Assembly: GCA_040882355.1 (NCBI GenBank)
Contig: JBBEBM010000056.1
Location: forward strand, 1 to 64,000
Direction of reading: 5' to 3'
DNA length: 64,000 nt
Source of the DNA: Dehalococcoidia bacterium
Lineage (GTDB): Bacteria > Chloroflexota > Dehalococcoidia > DSTF01 > RBG-16-68-14
Shown: positions 58,046-64,000 of the stretch, one piece after another
Position numbering within the stretch: the stretch's first letter is position 1
Layout: every line of letters starts with the position of its first letter
Program-made: the position numbers and the translations under genes
Notes under the pieces: generated by a model
Databases searched by the model: none
What the model was told of the DNA's origin: nothing
The model's input: the letters and a program-made list of their open reading frames with translations, nothing else

Positions 58046-58084
58046 AACTAATCGAAAGGCAAAGATTCGCCCAGGTTTCTCCCA

Positions 58085-58113
58085 CTGACAGGCTCCGATT
58101 TTCAGCGTATCAT
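58085..58113 (+). promoter_or_regulatory. Sigma70-type promoter of RCC1 protein 1
   Basis: CTGACA-17-TATCAT. Confidence 0.5.
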
Positions 58114-58170
58114 GTACGATACCAGCCCGCTCACCTGACGCGAGCCTGGCGCGACAATCGGGAGGTGGCT

Positions 58171-60111
58171 ATGCGAGTACGAGTAGCCTTGGCGCCCGTG
58201 GCGGTCGCAGCGATCATGGTGATAGCGATCGTTGTCTCATGGCCGCAGCCCGGCCCTCACCTCGCGCTGGCCAGCAGCGCTTCGGCTGTCTCGGCTGGAG
58301 GCAATCACACTTGCGCGGTGACCACAACAGGCGGCGTTTGGTGCTGGGGCGATAACTCGTCGGGTGAGCTCGGCAACCAAGCGGTCAGGAGTAGCACCGT
58401 GCCGCTGGAGGTGGTGGGCTTGAAGGAAGCCGTGGCGGACGTGTCAACCGGCAGCACTCACACCTGCGGGCTGACCGCCGATGGCGGGGTCAAGTGCTGG
58501 GGCAGCAACCAGTACGGTGCGCTAGGTGATGGAGGTTGCTGCGTGCCGGCCAACCCCGTCCCGAGAGACGTACGGGACCTCACGCAGGGAGTGGCTTCGA
58601 TCTCGGCTGGCGGGCTCCACACATGCGCCTTGACAAACACCGGCGGCCTCAAGTGTTGGGGACGGCGTCAGGAGGGCCAGCTCGGCAATCCTGCCGCGCC
58701 TGGAACACAGCCGGCGGACGTCGTCGGGCTCGACAGCGGTGTCATCGCCGTCGACGCTGGAACGTTCCACACCTGTGCTGTCACAACGCCAGGCGATGCC
58801 ACATGCTGGGGCGAGAATGGGGCAGGCCAGTTGGGGGACGGGACCACTACGGACCGCCCAACGCCTATGGTTGTCGTGGGTCTTCCCGACAGCGCAGTCG
58901 CGGTATCCGCGGGATACCATCACTCCTGCGCCTTGACCGGCTCCGGCGGCATAGCGTGCTGGGGAAGCAACGAGTGGGGCCAGTTAGGAAACGGGACCAC
59001 CGCGAACAGCGCCATCCCCGTCGACGTCACGGGTCTCGGGGCGCCTGCTGTGGCTGTGGTCGCGGGCGAGCGCCACACGTGCGCGTTGACTGACATCGGC
59101 GCCGTCAAGTGCTGGGGCGGCAACGCTTGGGGTCAGCTTGGCGACGGTACGAAGATCGACCGCCTCAGTCCAACCGATGTCGTTGGCCTTGCCGGCGGCG
59201 TGGCCAGCATTTCGGCTACTTCGGTCCATACCTGCGCCCTCACCGCCCAGAACAACTTGAAGTGCTGGGGTCGTAACCTCCAAGGCACCCTAGGAGACGG
59301 AACCAGGATACAGCGGACAGGTCCCGTGGATGTCGGCAAGTGCACGCAGGGCTGCCTTCCACCCACCTGCCCATCGTCCGGCTGTCCGATCCCCGTTTTC
59401 ACGCCGACGCTCACGTCCAGCACCCGGGCGGCGAGCCCTACGAGGACACGCACACCGACCCCGACCGCACAGACGCCGACACCCACCGACACGCCGACGC
59501 CCACCGACACCCCGCACCCGCTGCAAGACAGCGATGGCGACCGCTGTTCGGACATGCAGGAGCGCGGCCCCAACCCGGCCTTCGGCGGCGGGCGCGACCC
59601 CGACAACTTTTGGGACTTCTACGACACCCCTGACATGAAGGACCTGCGCGACGGCGCGATCTCCGTCGAGGACATCTCGCGCGTCGTCGAAAGGTTCGGC
59701 GCGACCGGCGACGCCGACGCTACAGACGCTGCACTGGAGCCGCCGCCCGCGTACCACCCCTGGTTCGACCGCTCTCCGCCGGCGCAAGAACAGCAGCTCT
59801 GGCAACCCGGGCCAGCCGACGGCGCGATCACCGCGGTCGACATTGCTCTCTTGGTCGCGCAGTTCGGCCACCACTGCCGGCAGCTCGACCTCCTGTATCT
59901 GACCGGGAGACTGGTGGCAGGCATTGAGGGGGGCTGCGTCCTCCTTCTGCCCGACGGGCTCTCCGCGCTGCCCTATCAGCTAAAGGGCGACCTCGGCGAT
60001 GCCGAGCCGGGCAATCGTGTTGCCGTATGGGGCTACGTCGACCCGGCCCCATCGCTCTGCCAGCAGGGCGTCAGGTTCGTGGCCCTGCGCGTCAGCGTCC
60101 TGCCGGACTAG
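58171..60111 (+). CDS. Secreted RCC1/BLIP-II beta-propeller protein with PT linker, dockerin-like domain and an extra C-terminal domain
   Basis: GGAGG RBS; seven HTC…CWG.N..GQLG repeats; DSDGDRCSD, RDPDNFWDF, DGAITAVDIALLVAQFGHHC. Confidence 0.88.
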   Translation: MRVRVALAPVAVAAIMVIAIVVSWPQPGPHLALASSASAVSAGGNHTCAVTTTGGVWCWGDNSSGELGNQAVRSSTVPLEVVGLKEAVADVSTGSTHTCGLTADGGVKCWGSNQYGALGDGGCCVPANPVPRDVRDLTQGVASISAGGLHTCALTNTGGLKCWGRRQEGQLGNPAAPGTQPADVVGLDSGVIAVDAGTFHTCAVTTPGDATCWGENGAGQLGDGTTTDRPTPMVVVGLPDSAVAVSAGYHHSCALTGSGGIACWGSNEWGQLGNGTTANSAIPVDVTGLGAPAVAVVAGERHTCALTDIGAVKCWGGNAWGQLGDGTKIDRLSPTDVVGLAGGVASISATSVHTCALTAQNNLKCWGRNLQGTLGDGTRIQRTGPVDVGKCTQGCLPPTCPSSGCPIPVFTPTLTSSTRAASPTRTRTPTPTAQTPTPTDTPTPTDTPHPLQDSDGDRCSDMQERGPNPAFGGGRDPDNFWDFYDTPDMKDLRDGAISVEDISRVVERFGATGDADATDAALEPPPAYHPWFDRSPPAQEQQLWQPGPADGAITAVDIALLVAQFGHHCRQLDLLYLTGRLVAGIEGGCVLLLPDGLSALPYQLKGDLGDAEPGNRVAVWGYVDPAPSLCQQGVRFVALRVSVLPD

Positions 60112-60222
60112 GCAGGACCCACAGGGGCCAGGGCCGAGCCGCTGGCGGCAGGTCAGGCGTGCTAGAATAGATGCGCTGCTGGGAGAGGCGGCCCGCTAAC
60201 CCACGCAGGAGGTGGCGACATC

Positions 60223-61971
60223 ATGGTCGGTCTCTCGTTTTTCAAGGTCACGTGCCTCAGCGCATTCATCGCCGTCACGCTCTTCGTCACGTTGCACGCA
60301 CGGCCCGCCGCCAGCGAGGGAGTCGCGCTGACCAGCCTGTCATCCGGCTACGCCCACACATGCGCCGTGAGCGCCACAGCCGGCGTCTGGTGTTGGGGCA
60401 GTAACGGTGTTGGCGAGCTCGGCATCGGCACGACCTCGTACACGCCGGGGGCGGTCCGCGTTTACGGCATTGATGGCGCTGCCGTCTCGGCGGGCGCTCA
60501 CCATACCTGCATGGTCACGACAGTGGGTAGCGTCAAGTGTTGGGGTCGCAACGACGAAGGCCAGCTCGGCGACGGCTCCACGTCGCTCAGCCGCCTCGAC
60601 CCTGTCGATGTCTGGCTGCTGAACCAGGGCGTCGTCGGCATCGCGGAGGGCGGCGACCACACCTGCGCCCTGAAAGAGAACGGCACGGTGCTCTGTTGGG
60701 GCGACAACGAGTACGGCCAGCTCGGCGACGGCACGACGACGAACCGGCTGGTACCAACCCAAGTCGTCGGCCTCAGCGACGTCTCGGCGATCACTGCCGG
60801 TTACTACCATACTTGTGCCCTCACGACTTCGGGCGCCGCCAAGTGCTGGGGCGAGAATGAAGACGGGCAGCTAGGTATCGGCGCGATCGACTACCAGCCA
60901 CATCCCAGCCCCGCCGACGTGGTCGGCCTACAGGCAGACGTGGCTGCGATCGCGACAGGCTCGTTCGCCAATCACACCTGCGCGCTCACCTCGGCAGGCG
61001 GCGCGACGTGCTGGGGCGAGAACTCGTTCGGCCAGTTAGGGAACGGTGATCGTGGCGAGGGCATCGCCGTGCCGGGGCACGTCTCAGGCCTGACCGCGGG
61101 CGTTACGGCTCTCGCAGCGAACGGACGGCACTCGTGCGCGCTCCTCGACACGTCGGGCGTGAAATGCTGGGGCGACAACAGCTACAGCCAGCTTGGCAAC
61201 GGTATACGTTTCGGCAGCCTCAGGACCAGGCCGGTCGATGTCTGCAACGTGTACAACGCTGCCGTTCAGCAGTGCACCGAGACGCTTTCGGGCGTGGGCG
61301 CGATAGCGGCTGCCGGGTTCCACACGTGCGCGGTTCCCGCCACCGGTGGCGCCGAGTGCTGGGGGACGTGCGTCGTCAACCAGTTGGGCTCCGTGCCGTG
61401 CCAAGAGGCCGAGACGCCGGCTAGCGTCGCGTTTGACGGCAAGGACTTCACCGGCCTGCACGACCGCGACACGGACGGCCTGTACGACACCTATGAGCAG
61501 AGCAAGCCATGCCTGGACTGGACGGTCGTCGACGCCGCGCTCGATCCCGACGCCGACGGCCTCAGCAATCTCGGCGAGCTGAACGCTCGTTCAGAGCCGT
61601 GTATTGCGGACACCGATCGGGACGGCTGCGTTGACGGCCGCGAGGTTGGAACGGACCGCAGTCTTGGCGGGCGGCGCAGCCCGCTGAACTTCTGGGACTT
61701 CATGGACGTGCCGACCGGCGCCGCGCGGACGCGGGACCGCGTGATCTCGACCGCCGACATCGCCGCCGAAGCGGCCCGCTTCGGCGCTACCGATGCAGGT
61801 CCTGGCCCCTTCGTCCGGACGAGCGACCCGCTCTCAACGCCGAGCGCCACCGTCCAGCCGTCAGGCGCCAGAGCGAACTACCACCCGGCCTACGACCGCA
61901 GCCTCGACGGCGCGATCACGATCGACGACATCGCGCTCGTTGTGCAGCAGTTCGGGGATAGCTGCGCGTAA
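60223..61971 (+). CDS. Secreted RCC1/BLIP-II beta-propeller protein with Ca-binding motifs and a C-terminal dockerin-like domain
   Basis: Seven RCC1 repeats; DRDTDGLYD, DPDADGLSN, DTDRDGCVD; NFWDFMD…DGAITIDDIALVVQQFGDSC. Confidence 0.88.
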   Translation: MVGLSFFKVTCLSAFIAVTLFVTLHARPAASEGVALTSLSSGYAHTCAVSATAGVWCWGSNGVGELGIGTTSYTPGAVRVYGIDGAAVSAGAHHTCMVTTVGSVKCWGRNDEGQLGDGSTSLSRLDPVDVWLLNQGVVGIAEGGDHTCALKENGTVLCWGDNEYGQLGDGTTTNRLVPTQVVGLSDVSAITAGYYHTCALTTSGAAKCWGENEDGQLGIGAIDYQPHPSPADVVGLQADVAAIATGSFANHTCALTSAGGATCWGENSFGQLGNGDRGEGIAVPGHVSGLTAGVTALAANGRHSCALLDTSGVKCWGDNSYSQLGNGIRFGSLRTRPVDVCNVYNAAVQQCTETLSGVGAIAAAGFHTCAVPATGGAECWGTCVVNQLGSVPCQEAETPASVAFDGKDFTGLHDRDTDGLYDTYEQSKPCLDWTVVDAALDPDADGLSNLGELNARSEPCIADTDRDGCVDGREVGTDRSLGGRRSPLNFWDFMDVPTGAARTRDRVISTADIAAEAARFGATDAGPGPFVRTSDPLSTPSATVQPSGARANYHPAYDRSLDGAITIDDIALVVQQFGDSCA

Positions 61972-61997
61972 CCGCGTCGCGCCTCGTGGGCTGATGC

Positions 61998-62019
61998 TGG
62001 TGCCGGGAGAGGACTCGAA
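61998..62019 (-). repeat. Degenerate copy of a tRNA 3' end (att-like scar)
   Basis: tggtgccgggagaggactcgaa versus tRNA-Leu tggtgccgggggagggactcgaa at 62071. Confidence 0.6.
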
Positions 62020-62070
62020 GCCACGTCCGGCGGCCAGGCCCACAAGGCCGCTGCCCCTCGCGGACGTGTC

Positions 62071-62156
62071 TGGTGCCGGGGGAGGGACTCGAACCCTCAA
62101 GGCCCGAAGGCCGGCGGATTTTAAGTCCGCTGCGTATGCCGTTTCGCCACCCCGGC
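62071..62156 (-). tRNA. tRNA-Leu(TAA)
   Basis: GCCGGGG/CCCCGGC acceptor stem, GCGGA-CTTAAAA-TCCGC anticodon arm, long variable arm, CCA. Confidence 0.97.
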
Positions 62157-62195
62157 CCTGCGTCCAAGTTCAGTGTGCCGCATCGACATCAGGCA

Positions 62196-62256
62196 TGGCC
62201 AGCCGTCGATCACGCCCACTGGCCAGCCGTCGATCACGCCCACTGGCCAGCCGTCG
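62196..62256. repeat. 24-bp tandem repeat x2.5
   Basis: tggccagccgtcgatcacgcccac at 62196 and 62220, partial copy at 62244. Confidence 0.9.
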
Positions 62257-62470
62257 GCGCCGCTGGAGAGCGCGACGCGCGCTCCTCCGCCCGCGGGTCC
62301 AGCAACAGGCCCAACCGCACGAGACACGCGCCGAGCGTCGCGCGCCAGCCGTTCGGCCTGTGCCCACGAAGCGCTTCCGCTCGCGCGCGCAGCCGCTCAG
62401 GATCGAGCGCAAGCGCCGCTTCGATCAGCTTCGCTTCCACCAGCAGCTCTTCTAGCGGATTCAGGTTCAT
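62234..62470 (-). CDS. Small hypothetical protein
   Basis: Co-oriented just downstream of the SDR; amphipathic WRATLGACLVRLG. Confidence 0.5.
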   Translation of the reverse strand: MNLNPLEELLVEAKLIEAALALDPERLRARAEALRGHRPNGWRATLGACLVRLGLLLDPRAEERASRSPAAPTAGQWA

Positions 62471-62494
62471 CGCTCGCCTCGCTTCCGTGTCCGG

Positions 62495-63340
62495 TCACGC
62501 CGTGCCGATGGCTGGCGGAGGGCCGCCGGCGATCATCGCTTCGGCGCGCTTGCGGATGACGCCGTTGTGCTCCGGATGCGTCAGCACGTAGAACCGCTTC
62601 TCTACGATCGCGTCGAACACCTGCTGCGCCACCTGCGCCGGGCTCTGGCCGGCGCGCAGGAGCTGGCGCACCATGTCCTGCCCGAAGGCCTCCGGCGTGC
62701 CGGGCGCGGGCGGCGCCAGCGGCCCGCCCGGCCGGTTGCGGTCCGCGTCGATGATCTTCGTGTCGGTCGCCGCCGGGCAGAGCACCGATACGCCGATCTT
62801 CCCGCCGGAGGTCATCATCAGCTCGTAGTAGAGCGCCTCGGAAAGGCCGACGATGCCGAACTTGCTCGCGGTGTACGACGCGGCGCCGGCGCCGGGCATC
62901 AGCCCTGCCACCGACGCCGTGTTCACGATGTGGCCCTCCTCGCCGCCCTCCAGCATCACCGGCACGAACGCGCGCACGCCGTTGATCACGCCTCCGAGGT
63001 TCACGCCCAGCACCCATCGCCAGTCCTCCAGCGGCTCCTCCCACGACAGGCCGCCGCTGCCGACGCCCGCGTTGTTGCAGACGACGTGCACGGCACCGAA
63101 TGTCTCGACTGTCTTCGCCGCCAGCGCCTGCGCGTCTTCGGCCTTCGAGACGTCGGTGCGGACGGCGAGCACCGTTGCGCCGGCCTCCCGCATCTCGCAT
63201 TCGGCGACGTGCAGCGCGGGCTCCTCGACGTCCGCAAGCACAACGCGCATGCCTTCGGCGGCGAACCGCTCCGCCAGGCCCCGGCCGATGCCGCTCGCAG
63301 CGCCGGTCACCACAGCTACCTTGTCCTTGAAGTCTTGCAT
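62495..63340 (-). CDS. SDR family oxidoreductase
   Basis: TGAASGIG, NNAGV, VNTAS, YTASK, SVLCP. Confidence 0.93.
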   Translation of the reverse strand: MQDFKDKVAVVTGAASGIGRGLAERFAAEGMRVVLADVEEPALHVAECEMREAGATVLAVRTDVSKAEDAQALAAKTVETFGAVHVVCNNAGVGSGGLSWEEPLEDWRWVLGVNLGGVINGVRAFVPVMLEGGEEGHIVNTASVAGLMPGAGAASYTASKFGIVGLSEALYYELMMTSGGKIGVSVLCPAATDTKIIDADRNRPGGPLAPPAPGTPEAFGQDMVRQLLRAGQSPAQVAQQVFDAIVEKRFYVLTHPEHNGVIRKRAEAMIAGGPPPAIGTA

Positions 63341-63358
63341 CGTCGCGCCTCCTCTGGG

Positions 63359-63988
63359 TTAGTTCTGCTTCCTCGTCGCATGCTCGAAGAGCGTTGCGAG
63401 CTCGACCGCGTACTCGTCGACGTCGAGGTCCGGGTAGGCGTGGAGCCGCGGACCGAGCGCATCGATGGCCTGCCGGATCGCGACCGCCATGACGGCCGTC
63501 GAGAACGCCCGGAACTCGCCGGTCTCCTGGCCCCGGCGCAGGATGTGCTGCTCCAGGTCCGAGATCGACTGTTCCAGCCCCTTCACGTCGAACCGCGGTT
63601 GCCCTTCCGCCGTCCGGGCGCTGGAGATGATCTCGATCACCGCCTGCACGTCGCTGCGGTGGCCGCCGATGAACTCCACGTTGGAAGTGATGAAGGCGCG
63701 CAACGCGCCCGAGGCCGTCGTCTCGGCCTGTATCCGCGGCAGCATGAACAGAGCGGCCGCCGTGTATACGTCCGTCACTACCTGATCCATCAGCTCGTCC
63801 TTGCCCGCGAAGTAGTAGGAGATGACGCTCTTGCTCACGCCCGCCCGCTTGGCGATCTCGGCCAGCGACGCTCGCTCGTATCCGAGCTCGGCGATCGCCT
63901 CAATCGCGCACCCGACGATCTGGGCGCGCCGAGCCGCCTCGATGAAGGTGGGTTCATCTCGGACGACCGGCTTATCTTTAGGCCGCAT
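63359..63988 (-). CDS. TetR/AcrR family regulator
   Basis: RRAQIV..A…GYERASLAEIAKRAGVSKSVISYYFAGKDEL. Confidence 0.94.
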   Translation of the reverse strand: MRPKDKPVVRDEPTFIEAARRAQIVGCAIEAIAELGYERASLAEIAKRAGVSKSVISYYFAGKDELMDQVVTDVYTAAALFMLPRIQAETTASGALRAFITSNVEFIGGHRSDVQAVIEIISSARTAEGQPRFDVKGLEQSISDLEQHILRRGQETGEFRAFSTAVMAVAIRQAIDALGPRLHAYPDLDVDEYAVELATLFEHATRKQN

Positions 63989-64000
63989 GGCCTACTTATA

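Noticed and set aside
62196..62256. 24-bp repeats as a mini-CRISPR
   Set aside because: Head-to-tail with no spacers; a simple slippage duplication of a gene's 3' end.

Overview
High-GC bacterial window from a draft assembly (three N10 gaps). Gene content suggests Chloroflexota, probably Dehalococcoidia (inference). In order it holds: an amidase and a DinB protein; an 11-subunit complex I operon (nuoABCDHIJKLMN, no nuoEFG); a cluster of secreted or surface proteins (an 852-aa Ca-motif repeat protein, a membrane protein with CxxGxYWHPxMxHCM repeats, three paralogs with an N-terminal dockerin-like module); an actinobacterial-style nitrogen cluster (GlnR-like regulator, amtB, glnK, two glnA) with visible GlnR boxes; a lipoprotein islet next to tRNA-Thr; an Opp-type ABC binding protein and permeases; a CPA2 antiporter; a CopC/CopD copper operon headed by a possible ribosome-arrest leader; a MATE transporter; an amino-sugar-type operon interleaved with AlbA_2/Schlafen, VapBC-like and TPR-like genes; tRNA-Phe; ppdK; an F420-type LLM; a LexA-box-controlled 31-aa membrane peptide; a NUDIX hydrolase; two RCC1-repeat surface proteins; tRNA-Leu; an SDR and a TetR. 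The strongest candidate new system is a dockerin-like tag shared by six exported proteins, suggesting a cellulosome-like surface-display system. No database searches were run; family calls come from motif recognition.
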